A stretch of DNA of 64,000 nucleotides from Candidatus Latescibacterota bacterium (GCA_965206595.1 OZ242214.1:5024001-5088000), one strand, 5' to 3'; shown: positions 21,901-31,000, counted from the first letter of the stretch. Program-made: numbers and translations. Notes: generated by a model not told the origin, from the letters alone.

Positions 21901-22876
21901 CGAGGTCCGGGGAAACGACGGTCAGGCGGTGGCGGCGGGGCGGGACCTCGAGCAGCTGAGCGCCAAGCTGCATCGGCACGACACACCGGCCGAGCAGGAT
22001 GCCTGGAGAAAGGCAGCCGCCCGTTGGGAGCGGGACGGCATGACCTCCTGGGATTGCGGCGACCTGCCGGAGCAGGTCGAGGTGAGCGAGGTCGCCGGCA
22101 TCCCGCTGCTCGCCTATCCGGGGCTGATGTGCTGCGACGAGGGAGTCTGCGTGCGCCTCTTCAGGAAGCGGATCGATGCCGAGCAGGCGAGCCGGGAAGG
22201 TATCGTCCGACTGTCGGAATCGGTGCTGAAGGAGCAGATGCGGCAGTTGCGCCGGGACTTGGCCGAGCTGCGGCGGTTGCAACCCCTCTGTGCCTCATTC
22301 GGGGGAGCCTCCGAGCTCGAGCAGCAGGCATACACCTGCCTGCTTCGCTACCTGTTCGAATGCCTGCCGGCCATCCCCCTGAGCCGCGAGAGTTTCGAGG
22401 AGGGCTGCCGGCAAGCCCGCCGGAAACTGGCCGGTGCCGCCGAAAAAATGGTCGGCTTGGTCGAGACCTTGCTGGAAACCCGTCGCCGGATCATCACCTG
22501 TCCCCAGCCTTACCCAGGGATGGAGGAGGACCTGAACCGGCTGTTGCCGCCCGGTTTTCTCGCCGCCGCCGATTTCGAGCAGTTACCCCATCTGTGCCGC
22601 TATCTCAAGGGAGTTTTCGTACGCGCCGAGCGCGCCCGCGGCGATGCCGCCAGAGACTGCCGGAAGGCGCAACTGATCACCCCCTATCAGCACGCTCTCG
22701 ACGAGCTTTCGTCCGCTGCCGACCCTGCGAATGGAGGGCGCCTGCGGAGGATCGAGGAGTTCCGCCGGCTCCTAGAAGAGTGGCGCATATCGGTATTCGC
22801 CCAGGAGTTGGGCACGGCCGGCAAGGTGTCGGCGCAACGGCTCGACAAGAAACTCGAGGATATCCGGAAGAAATAA
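18926..22876 (+). CDS. hrpA: ATP-dependent RNA helicase HrpA
   Basis: GETGSGKTTQLPK, DEAHERS, SAT, QRKGRCGR and the HrpA C-terminus EEWRISVFAQELGT. Confidence 0.95.
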   Translation: MPTPDHADPVADLEAALDDCLLGDRVRIGRRLKDLRSSLSGSSRGSLSRELVRLRERIEASRRLRAERLRLIPAVSYPEELPITTRKEEILRAIAEHQVVVVAGETGSGKTTQLPKICLEAGRGREGRIVCTQPRRVAALSLSRRLAEELGVTWGREVGCKIRFRDRTASETLIKLVTDGMLLSEIRGDPDLLEYDTLILDEAHERSLNIDFLLGYLRLLLKRRPGLKLVITSATIDVEKFSRAFGGAPVVEVSGRMYPVEVRYRPLEEILGEAEEISYTDAAVAEVQQLLDESASGDVLVFMPGERDIRETSDLLHHRLERRNVQILPMFSRLTAAEQHRVFTRPDRRRVIVATNIAETSLTIPGIRYVIDPGLARINRYNPRTHTQRLPVEAISRSSAEQRKGRCGRVAEGVCVRLYSEEEFLARPEYTAPEIQRSDLADIILRMLDLQLGKVEEFPFVDPPAPGAINSGYLQLQELGALDSGRRLTRLGRDMARLPIAPTVSRMILQAQTEGALPELLVIAAAIGIQEPRERPLERRDEADRMHRQFVDMHSDFLTLLNIWNRYHERFEQLETQSQMRKFCRSHFLSFTRMREWRDIHAQLTEVLSELGGFGLQPGRRRAGYDAIHRSIVTGLMSSIARKKEHNLYRAARSREVMLFPGSGLFVRREAASGKDEKEAQAEGPSPEWIVAAEIVETSRLFARTAARIRASWLPDLGGHLCRSSYGDPLWSRSAGRVLVQETVHIHGLQVARRRVPGQQVKPRESAEVFIRDALVAGDVDTPREFLARNRQLADRIETWQTRTRRTAIDVDEAVRRFYASRLEEDISSVHDLNRIVNAHPDDDRFLRMEEADLLGAGEPSFDRDAFPDRIELSGEAVELAYAYKPGQEEDGITVRLPYRLMDAINPELLDWLVPGIREERITCLLRSLPKQMRKQLLPIPQTARRIAADLRPTHPSFLESLEEHLAERYRLQVRRADWKPEAIPEHLRLRVEVRGNDGQAVAAGRDLEQLSAKLHRHDTPAEQDAWRKAAARWERDGMTSWDCGDLPEQVEVSEVAGIPLLAYPGLMCCDEGVCVRLFRKRIDAEQASREGIVRLSESVLKEQMRQLRRDLAELRRLQPLCASFGGASELEQQAYTCLLRYLFECLPAIPLSRESFEEGCRQARRKLAGAAEKMVGLVETLLETRRRIITCPQPYPGMEEDLNRLLPPGFLAAADFEQLPHLCRYLKGVFVRAERARGDAARDCRKAQLITPYQHALDELSSAADPANGGRLRRIEEFRRLLEEWRISVFAQELGTAGKVSAQRLDKKLEDIRKK

Positions 22877-22879
22877 CCG

Positions 22880-23173
22880 ATGTCCAAATCCATCCATACG
22901 ACGCCAAGTTCCCCCAAAGTGCGGTTCCGAAAGGGTGCCTTCGTTGTCCAACTCACTCCAGACCCAGTCGACTTCCTGAACCGCCCTATTCAAGGGCAAG
23001 GGGGTTGCCAATCCCTCCTCGCACGGCTCCAGAGCAACATGCACGGAAACCTTTTCAGGCTGACGCAGGACGACTGCGAGAAAGTGGCCCGCTATGCCAT
23101 GCAATACGGGCAAGGCGGCTTCCAAGAACGCCTGAGATCCATTGCTCAACTAGCGGAACAATTCAACGCTTGA
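22880..23173 (+). CDS. small hypothetical protein with two GQGG(C/F)Q repeats
   Basis: 97-aa ORF filling the gap between hrpA and the MTase; GQGGCQSLLARL / GQGGFQERLRSI. Confidence 0.7.
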   Translation: MSKSIHTTPSSPKVRFRKGAFVVQLTPDPVDFLNRPIQGQGGCQSLLARLQSNMHGNLFRLTQDDCEKVARYAMQYGQGGFQERLRSIAQLAEQFNA

Positions 23174-23192
23174 TTTAGCATACCGAGCCAAA

Positions 23193-24050
23193 ATGGGCAC
23201 AACTGAGTTCCGGCATACATCACAAGGTGCCGAAATCACCCTCCATCGGCGGGATTGCATCTCGGGAATGCAGGAGTTGCTGAATCCGGAGTCTGTCGAC
23301 GTCGTCGTGACTTCGCCTCCCTACAACCTCGGCGTCGCCTACCGGTCCTATGACGATACGGTCCCGCGAGCCGAGTACCTGAACTGGATCGAGGTCTGGG
23401 GAGACGCGCTCCACAAGGTTTTGAGCCGCCGGGGGTCTCTATTCCTCAATGTTGCAGGCAAACCGTCGGAACCCTGGGGGCCCTTCGAGATTCTTCAGCG
23501 GCTTCGGAACCGGTTCGCACTACAGAACACGCTGCACTGGATCAAATCGATCGCTATCGACGCAGACCTCGTAGGGAGCACCCGTGCGCTCGCGACGAAC
23601 GTCGCAGTCGGCCACTACAAGCCGATAAACAGCAGGCGTTACGTAAACGACTGCCACGAATACATCTTCCACCTGACCAAGTTCGGTGACGTCGAATTGG
23701 ATCGACTCGCAGTCGGAGTGGAGTACCAGGACAAGTCCAACGTGGACAGATGGTCGGGAGCAAAGGATGGCCTGCGCTGCCGCGGCAACACCTGGTTCAT
23801 TCCTTACCGGACAATTCAGAGCCGGGACAGGGAACGGCCGCACCCGGCGACGTTCCCGGTCAGGGTTCCCGAGATGTGCATCCGGCTGCACGGACTGCAA
23901 CGTGTCGACCGCGTCCTGGATCCCTTCCTCGGGCTCGGACACACCGCCTTGGCATGCAAAGCGCTGGAGGTCCCCTTCCTGGGGTTCGAGCTGGATGAAG
24001 GGTACTTCTTGGAGGCGTGCCGTTTGCTCGAGACCTTCGATCCGGGCTGA
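23193..24050 (+). CDS. site-specific DNA methyltransferase, beta class (N4-C/N6-A)
   Basis: Motif IV TSPPYN precedes HPATFP and motif I DPFLGLG. Confidence 0.92.
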   Translation: MGTTEFRHTSQGAEITLHRRDCISGMQELLNPESVDVVVTSPPYNLGVAYRSYDDTVPRAEYLNWIEVWGDALHKVLSRRGSLFLNVAGKPSEPWGPFEILQRLRNRFALQNTLHWIKSIAIDADLVGSTRALATNVAVGHYKPINSRRYVNDCHEYIFHLTKFGDVELDRLAVGVEYQDKSNVDRWSGAKDGLRCRGNTWFIPYRTIQSRDRERPHPATFPVRVPEMCIRLHGLQRVDRVLDPFLGLGHTALACKALEVPFLGFELDEGYFLEACRLLETFDPG

Positions 24051-24429
24051 TGGACAGTCGGTCCCGGGATCAGTTGTCCCTATTTTGAAAAAAAAGCGTG
24101 GCAGGGTTAAACGGGTCTCTCGGCCACCAGTTCGCCAACACCAACAAGAGCCTTGAATCCGGCTTCACGTGGCTCATAACCACAATGGTGGCGCTGTAGC
24201 GGGCTTTGTCATCTCCGTTAATCGAATGAGATGGGTCGCTACGTCGGGACAACCACGGCTTCGAATTTCGACCTGCATCTGCTCAGCGTCCTGACTGTTA
24301 GTGAAGGAGACCCGATTTCAGGAAAAATAACCATTGCTGAGTAGCCCCCTCTGCTGTTGGGGCTTCGTTTCCTTCCTCTATCTATGGTAATCACTGTTCG
24401 TCAAATTCACTCACAAGACAGACCCAGAG

Positions 24430-24840
24430 ATGGAGTCTGAATTCATGCCAACAGATTCCAAGACTATTGCTGAATCCGTACAACAGCTCACAGACAGCAT
24501 CCTGAAACTGAGTACGGCTCTCCTGATTGTGCCAGTAGTTTTTTCCGGTTTGTTGCTGAAAATCGGACGCGTTCCTCACCCAGAGGCTCTGCGGGGAGTT
24601 TACCCCGTAGGGGGTCTGCTAAAGACCGGGATATTTGTTCCTCTTGGTGTGGGTATCATTCTGGGACTACTAGCAAAGTTCCAGTTAATGCTCAAGCTCA
24701 ATTCCGATTCGCTCGGATCTGGAAACGCCCTCCCAAAATCCATTCTTCTTCCTGCTTGGGGCTCTGGAATCTGTCTTCTATTTGGACTTGCCTTTCTCAT
24801 AGATTCGGTCGCCACATCGTCACCTCGATTCGCCACGCAC
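24430..24840 (+). CDS. low-GC small ~3-TM membrane protein; apparently lacks its own stop (reading frame continues to 25236 antisense to the next gene)
   Basis: Three hydrophobic segments in the first ~130 aa; AT-richer codons; the remainder is a shadow of the isomerase gene. Confidence 0.5.
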
Positions 24841-25641
24841 TCAGACGTGGTCGGCCATCCACTCGAAACACTTTTCGAACCCCACCGCTCCCTCGGTCTC
24901 CTCTCCTTCGTACTCGACCGCCCAGACCCCGTCGTACCCTGCCTGTTTCACGCAGGCGAGCGCGTGCCCGAGGTCGATCTCCCCTTCACCCAGCACCTTT
25001 CCCCGGTACTGCTGCCGCGAGCCGGTCCCGTCCTTTATATGGACGTGGAACACGTGCGGCGCCACGAGCTCGTAGAAGCGGTTGCAGCGCTCGATTTCCC
25101 AACCGGCCCAGCGATAGTTCATGGTGTCGAGGTTGACCCCGAGGCGGTCGGACCCGACGCGTTCTATCAGGCTCACCTGCCACTCCCCGTCGTTGGTCGC
25201 AATCCCGTGATTGTCGAGGGCGATGCGCACCCCTGAGGCCTCGGCGAAATCGACGCAGCGCTTGAACGCCTCCAGCATCATGCCATCCCACTGATCCCGG
25301 GGAACCTCCTCGCCCCAGCCGCCGTCGCTGCGCACGATGTCGGTGCCGGTGTGAGGTATCCATTCGCACAGCTTGCGGTAGCGGTCGATCTCCGCTTCCA
25401 GTTGGGCCGGGTCGGCCCGGAGAAAGTTGTTGCCCGCCGAGACAGCGCTCACCGCCATGCCGTGGCGTTCGAGCATTTCCCGGACCATTACGGCGGCACT
25501 TTCGCCGTCCCGGGTTTCGTCCTGCCACACGTCCCGGAACTGCAACTCGCAGTAGCGGTAACCGATCTCCGCAGCCCTGGCGGCGAACCCCTCCAGGTCG
25601 TAGCCGCCCCAGTTGTGATGAACCACTCCTGTTTTCGCCAT
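24841..25641 (-). CDS. sugar phosphate isomerase/epimerase (xylose isomerase-like TIM barrel)
   Basis: IALDNHG, GVNLDTMN, HVHIKD, LGEGEID, AVEYE. Confidence 0.9.
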   Translation of the reverse strand: MAKTGVVHHNWGGYDLEGFAARAAEIGYRYCELQFRDVWQDETRDGESAAVMVREMLERHGMAVSAVSAGNNFLRADPAQLEAEIDRYRKLCEWIPHTGTDIVRSDGGWGEEVPRDQWDGMMLEAFKRCVDFAEASGVRIALDNHGIATNDGEWQVSLIERVGSDRLGVNLDTMNYRWAGWEIERCNRFYELVAPHVFHVHIKDGTGSRQQYRGKVLGEGEIDLGHALACVKQAGYDGVWAVEYEGEETEGAVGFEKCFEWMADHV

Positions 25642-25661
25642 GTTCCGTGTCCTCTTCGGTT

Positions 25662-26414
25662 TCAGTAAAGGCGGAAGACCGCAGTCTGCAGCGGCAGCAC
25701 CCGCATCTCGAGGCCACCGTCCGCCCTGGCCGACCACCGCAACGCGGACCCCTCCGGTGCCAACCCGAGGGCGTGGTAGGAGTCGAACAGCAGCTCCATC
25801 GGAGAGCCGCCCGGTGGCGGAGGTTGTGAAGCATCAGAAGGGCGCTTTCGCAATCGTAGCGCACGTACCCGAACACCCGGTCTTCCGGGTCTCCCCCTTC
25901 AAAGCCGTTGCGATGGTAATAGACTGCCCCCGTGGCGGCAGGTAGATGACGTTCGCCGGCATCGCCTCCAGCTACGAAGGAATCGGCCGAGAACTCCGCG
26001 GTGCAGGTATGGACCCGTGTCTCCTGCATGCAGCCGCCAGGTAGGGGACTCGAATACCAGGTTCCGGCGACCAGCTCGGGATCGCCAGGGGGGGTTGCAG
26101 ACGAGATTCATCGGAAGAAAGCGGCCGGACCCCGGCGTGCCCGGTCGATCGATCCGCAGGCACACATCGATGTCGGCTGCCCGTACGCGAATCGCCTCGA
26201 CCTCGGCAACAAACAGCTCGACCCGGACCTTGGCCTCGACGTGGGGTTTCCCCGGACCGACATAGCCTCGCGCAAAAATCCAATCACGTTGCCCGTCTAG
26301 CGGAATCGAGAGGTTCTCCGCCGAGACCACCCAGTTGTCGAAGGCGCCAAGCGCAAAGCGGCGGTGGAGCTGATTGAAGAAGATGGCTCGGCTGCCCTCC
26401 CTCGGCGGCCGCAA
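25662..26414 (-). pseudogene. frameshifted gene, possibly an internally deleted GH13/alpha-amylase-like protein
   Basis: Three coding-like frames; frameshift at the G7 run 26088-26094; C-terminal RVFGYVRYD..ALLMLHNL…VLPLQTAVFRL resembles a GH13 C-terminal beta-sandwich, with no catalytic barrel. Confidence 0.45.
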
Positions 26415-26425
26415 CGGCCGTCACT

Positions 26426-27409
26426 TCAGTGGGCCTCCCGGTAGTGTGCTTTCAGGAGGTCCTCGCCGAAGTCGTTGTGCAGATCCCGCCACACCGCGTG
26501 GATGTGGTTGGCGTCGTTTTGCGTGTTGTCGTACTCGGCCACGAAGACCGGTCCCTGCACCCGGTAGTAGTGCCCCTCGCCGCGCTCCGCGGGGCCTGCC
26601 CAGGCAAAATGGGCCTTTGCGTAGTCGGCGTGCTCCAGCCTGGCGTGCTCCAGTGCCGCGAGGGCCTCGGGCAGGCGGTCGACGTATATGGCGACCAGGT
26701 CCTTGAGCTGCCGGAGCTGCGCGGCGTTCATGTCGGCACCGGCCAATCCTTCGGGCTTCACTTCGCCGCGGACGTGGGAGAGGGCCCTGGTGAGGATGTC
26801 GGAAGGCGCCTCCCGGGCCAAGACCGCCTCCCGGCGCTGCTCGCCGTCGAGATCGGTCAACAGCGCCCTCGCCATCTCCTCCTCTTCCTTCAGGGCCCGC
26901 AGACCCTGGCGCGTGCCGTGGCGCACTTCGGCTGGATTGGCGCCGAAGAAAACCGGGCTGGCCGAAATCAGCTCGCCGTGGAGTACCGTGTTGTTCAAAG
27001 AGATGTGATGCCCCTCGAAGCGCCACCCCCACACCCCTTCGCCCCCGGGGGTTCCGAACAAGGTCACGTAATACAGGCCGGGATCGCGCGCGAACTTCCG
27101 TCCATCCCCTTCGATCTCTGCAAGGATCGGTTCGAGTTCGATGATGGTGTTGGCGCGCCGGTGGGCGGAGGAGCTCAGGCCGGTAGCGATCAGGTTCTGG
27201 GTTAGGCTGCGCTGCCGGGAATCCATCTCCTTGAGAGGCAACCCGGTCCGATCGCGGGGGATGTAGTGCCAGTTCTCCCGTTCCGCGTCCTCGAAATCCA
27301 GCACCACTTTGACGCGCTGATCGGAGCTGAAGGTTGCGAGCAACGCGGCCGCGGCGTCGGCCATGCGCCTCGCCGTTTCGTTCCGCACCAGGTTGTCTTC
27401 CGCTGTCAC
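26426..27409 (-). CDS. DUF3500 domain protein
   Basis: WHYIPR, RDPGLYY.TLFG.P, WGWRFEGHHISLN, EYDNTQNDANHIHAVWRD. Confidence 0.9.
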   Translation of the reverse strand: MTAEDNLVRNETARRMADAAAALLATFSSDQRVKVVLDFEDAERENWHYIPRDRTGLPLKEMDSRQRSLTQNLIATGLSSSAHRRANTIIELEPILAEIEGDGRKFARDPGLYYVTLFGTPGGEGVWGWRFEGHHISLNNTVLHGELISASPVFFGANPAEVRHGTRQGLRALKEEEEMARALLTDLDGEQRREAVLAREAPSDILTRALSHVRGEVKPEGLAGADMNAAQLRQLKDLVAIYVDRLPEALAALEHARLEHADYAKAHFAWAGPAERGEGHYYRVQGPVFVAEYDNTQNDANHIHAVWRDLHNDFGEDLLKAHYREAH

Positions 27410-28179
27410 GATATACCTCGTTTTTTTGACTGATCGGTGGGAGTCCTTGCGCTCAAGTCGTCGTCGAGATCAATCGTCGCGACATCCTCTCCGGGAATCG
27501 CCACGGCAATGCGCAGGAAGTCGAGGGCGGCGCTGTCCGGGTTGTAGATGCCGTGTCCCTTTCGGATGCCCTGATAAGTCACGGACCCCGGTCCGACCGC
27601 GAAGGTCTCCCCGTCGACGGTCATGTAGCCGCGGCCTCCGAGAATGACGAAGCACTCCTCGAGGGCCTCGTGATAGTGGTAGCCGACCGCGCTTCCCGGA
27701 GACAGAATCGCGTGGTCGAGAAAAGTCCAGCTGCTGGAAAAATCACCGGGGCCCCAGATGTGGCGGGTCGCAATTTCTCCGCCGCCCCCATGGATGGACG
27801 GCCGCCGCGTCAGCTTTCCGGCCTCGGCCGAGTCGACCCGCAGGTGACCGGGGGGCGGCGCCTCCTCAAGGTCGACGACTATCGAGAGGGCGGTGCAGGA
27901 CCCTGCCGTCGCCCGCAGGCGGGAGGCTCCCGTGGTCACGACGGCTGCGGTTTCCCCGACCTCTGCAGCGGTGCCGTTGGTTTCGAAACTCGCCTTCCCC
28001 CTCAGAATGACGAACCCCTGCTCACAGTCGTCGTCGGGCGATTCGGCGGCTTCCCCCGGAGGGAGCTCCACGAGATCGAAAATCCTCCATGGAGTGGCGA
28101 ACTCATCCCCGGGAAAGACTGGTCGCGAGCTCGCCTTGCTGATTCCCTTTTCCAATGACAGTTGTGCGTGTCTGACCAC
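27406..28179 (-). CDS. bicupin/cupin domain protein
   Basis: GYHYHEALEECFVILGGRG…HGIYN cupin motif; GTGA overlap with the DUF3500 gene. Confidence 0.85.
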   Translation of the reverse strand: MVRHAQLSLEKGISKASSRPVFPGDEFATPWRIFDLVELPPGEAAESPDDDCEQGFVILRGKASFETNGTAAEVGETAAVVTTGASRLRATAGSCTALSIVVDLEEAPPPGHLRVDSAEAGKLTRRPSIHGGGGEIATRHIWGPGDFSSSWTFLDHAILSPGSAVGYHYHEALEECFVILGGRGYMTVDGETFAVGPGSVTYQGIRKGHGIYNPDSAALDFLRIAVAIPGEDVATIDLDDDLSARTPTDQSKKRGIS

Positions 28180-28538
28180 CTGGTTTCGCCTGGTTCTTCC
28201 GGGTAGGCGCTAAAAGTATGGGCAGTTCCACCGCCGCCGCTACTGAAAGCGGTTTCAAAAACCCGGCGCCCCGCAGCCCATGGCGAGGACTATTCAGATT
28301 GCGAGGACCCGCCACTGGCGCCCGATACCGGGCCGGCCGGGTATTGCAGTCACCGGAATGTTGCTCGGACCGGGCACCCCCGGGTGATCGCAAGGGGACG
28401 CCGGCTGCCCGACTGCCTGCTTTCCACGCCACACAAGCCCTATGGGGCAGTGCGGAATCCGATCTGCTACAGGGCGGTTTCTGCCTTGAAGGGAAACCCT
28501 GCCAAATGGGATGCCCCCCGAGCAAACCGGTTCCGGCA

Positions 28539-28588
28539 GGTCGGGAGCCAAGTTGTACTTGAATCAAGGACACTTGGCTTTCCCGACC
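28539..28588. terminator. long imperfect hairpin just downstream of ogt (terminator or repeat element)
   Basis: GGTCGGGA-GCCAAGT … ACTTGGC-TT-TCCCGACC. Confidence 0.5.
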
Positions 28589-28597
28589 GAATCGACG

Positions 28598-29077
28598 TCA
28601 CCGAGCGGCGCAACGGGCCTCGTGGGCGAGCAGGAATTCCTTGATTTCCATTCCGCCGGAATAGCCGGTAAGGCTGCCGTCGCTGCCGACGACTCGGTGG
28701 CACGGGACGATTATGGGGAGGGGATTGTTGCCGTTGGCTGCTCCGACGGCGCGACTGGCCTTCGGCCGTCCCACACGACGCGCGATTTTCCCGTACGATG
28801 CGGTCTCGGCGAAAGGAACTCGGGTCAGCTCGCTCCACACGGCCTGCTGGAAAGCTGTGCCACTTGGAGCCAGGGGCAGGTCGAACTGCGTCAGGCTTCC
28901 GGCGAAATAGGAATCGAGCTGCGCGCGGGCGCCGAACGCAGGCTCCGATGCGGCCATCCAGTCGGAAGCGGGCTCGATAGCCTTGCTCCCATCGAGAAAG
29001 CTCACCCGGGTCAAACCGCGTTCCTTCCAGGCCAGCAGCAGGGCGCCAAGCGGGCTTTCGATGGTCGCGTAACGCAC
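28598..29077 (-). CDS. ogt: methylated-DNA-[protein]-cysteine S-methyltransferase
   Basis: GTAFQQAVW, SYG.IA, RAVGAANG.NP, PCHRV active site. Confidence 0.95.
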   Translation of the reverse strand: MRYATIESPLGALLLAWKERGLTRVSFLDGSKAIEPASDWMAASEPAFGARAQLDSYFAGSLTQFDLPLAPSGTAFQQAVWSELTRVPFAETASYGKIARRVGRPKASRAVGAANGNNPLPIIVPCHRVVGSDGSLTGYSGGMEIKEFLLAHEARCAAR

Positions 29078-29202
29078 CAGAATGCCGGAATTGAGTGTCA
29101 GTCGGGGATTGTGAAGCGAACAGCTTCGCCGGAGCAACCCAGCCAGGGACCGCTTCGGAGGCGTCTGGACCTAACTAAGGCCGGGTGTGGAGGGAGGGCC
29201 GC

Positions 29203-29466
29203 CTAGCTCGCAGGTGACGGTTCCTCCTCGAAGAAATCGGTCCGGATGGTTTTCAGGTAATCCTGAAGGGCGGCTCCGTCAGCCGGAAGATCGAGAACAT
29301 CGGAAAAGGGCCACATGTCTCCCTGAAGAAACTCCACGGCACTCATCTGGTCCTGACTGGTGGGTCCCGCAGCCATGTCTTTGATGGCTTGCAGGATGAC
29401 TGCCGCAGCGAGGCGGCGGTGACCGTCAAACTGGGAGCGATACGCTGATTTACGTTCTTTTGCCAT
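29203..29466 (-). CDS. small hypothetical protein with LAAAVILQAIKD motif
   Basis: 87-aa ORF with plausible start behind an AT-rich upstream region. Confidence 0.6.
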   Translation of the reverse strand: MAKERKSAYRSQFDGHRRLAAAVILQAIKDMAAGPTSQDQMSAVEFLQGDMWPFSDVLDLPADGAALQDYLKTIRTDFFEEEPSPAS

Positions 29467-29737
29467 TTCTCAAAGCCAGTATGGGAACATTCACAACCTG
29501 TATTTCGTCTTGAAAATCGCAGCTTAAATCTAAGCATTGAAAGGTCGTTTCGACAGGCTTTGAGGCCCGGTTTTTTTGAATTTCCCGCGGGCGTGCGAAT
29601 CTTGCCTAAGATCGCTCCGGGCGACCGGAAAATGACGCAATTCATTTAATTCCAATATGTTTTGGAATTGTGGAAAGCCCTGAGTCACCTTGCTGTACCC
29701 CGCAGAAAAACAGCTCTGACCTCCGGCGAGGCGATTC

Positions 29738-31000
29738 TCAGGCCAGGATCCCTATCACGCACCCAGTCAGCATTGTCGCCAGTGTTCCCGCAACCAGTGA
29801 GCGCAATCCGAGACGGGCGAGATCCGGCCGTCTCCCGGGGGCAATCCCCCCGATTCCGCCGATCATGATCGCCACCGAACCGAAGTTGGCAAACCCGCAC
29901 AGCGCATAGGTCGCCACGAGGAAGCCGCGAGGGCTCAGGGGTGCGGACTCGCTCGACATCATCCGGGAGAGCTCCACGTAGGCGACAAATTCGTTCAGGA
30001 TCGTCTTCAGCCCGAGCAGTTTTCCAACACAGGCCGCTTCCTGCCAAGTGATCCCCATGAACCAGGCCGGAATCCGGAACGCGAACCCCAGCCCCGCCTG
30101 CAGACTCCACGAACCCGCTGCAGCCCCGTTGACGAGTTTGTCCGCAAGCCCGACCAAGGCGTTGCCGAGAGCGACGAGACCGATAAATGCAATCAGCATC
30201 GCCAAGATATTGATGAAAAGGTGCATCCCCTCGGTCGCCCCGCGGGCGGCCGCGTCCAGGCCGTTGCGGGTGTTCTCTTCGGGCAGCTCGACGACGACTC
30301 CGGACGTCACCGGCGCCCCTGTCTCGGGCATCATCAGCTTCGCCACGGCGATTGCCGCCGGAGCACTGATGACGGAGGCGGTGAAAAGATGACCGGCGAT
30401 TTCGGCGTTCACTCCGGACAGCATGCTGGCGTAGACGACCATGACCGTTCCCGCGATCGTCGCCATGCCTGCTGTCATCAGGCAGAAGAGCTCGCTCGGG
30501 GTCAGGCCCGCTACGTAGGGGCGGATCAGCAGCGGCGCTTCCGTCATACCGAGAAAGATGTTGGCGGAGACACCCACGGCTTCGGCACTGCTGATTCCGA
30601 AGGCCCGCTGCATGAAACGGCTCATACCGCGGATCAGCCAAGGAAGAAACCGGTAGTGGTACAAAATCCTGGAAAGCGATGCGACGAATACCAGAATGGC
30701 GGCGATTTCCAGGGCTATAGTCGCTCCGTAGGCCGCGGTGAAGTCCGGGTTGGAGAGCCCGGCGAACAGCAGCGACTCGTTCGCCTTCAAAGCGGTCTCT
30801 CGGAGCAGGTCGGTGAGCCCCCCGGTCAGAGCGAAAACCCGGTGGCGCAAGCCTGTATGCAGGAGCAGCGCCGCGAAACCCACCTGCATCGCCGCGGCGA
30901 TGAGGAGGATGCGCACCGGAACTCCGCCGCGGCGAGAACCGCACGCCCAAGCGACAAGGAGCAACACCCCGTACCCGATGGCGCTGTGCAAGGCAGACAT
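29738..31000 (-). CDS. concentrative nucleoside transporter (CNT, NupC/NupX family)
   Basis: ANIFLGMTEAPL.IRPY, GMATIAG, K..LNEFVAY, YALCGFANFGS. Confidence 0.95.
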   Translation of the reverse strand: MSALHSAIGYGVLLLVAWACGSRRGGVPVRILLIAAAMQVGFAALLLHTGLRHRVFALTGGLTDLLRETALKANESLLFAGLSNPDFTAAYGATIALEIAAILVFVASLSRILYHYRFLPWLIRGMSRFMQRAFGISSAEAVGVSANIFLGMTEAPLLIRPYVAGLTPSELFCLMTAGMATIAGTVMVVYASMLSGVNAEIAGHLFTASVISAPAAIAVAKLMMPETGAPVTSGVVVELPEENTRNGLDAAARGATEGMHLFINILAMLIAFIGLVALGNALVGLADKLVNGAAAGSWSLQAGLGFAFRIPAWFMGITWQEAACVGKLLGLKTILNEFVAYVELSRMMSSESAPLSPRGFLVATYALCGFANFGSVAIMIGGIGGIAPGRRPDLARLGLRSLVAGTLATMLTGCVIGILA

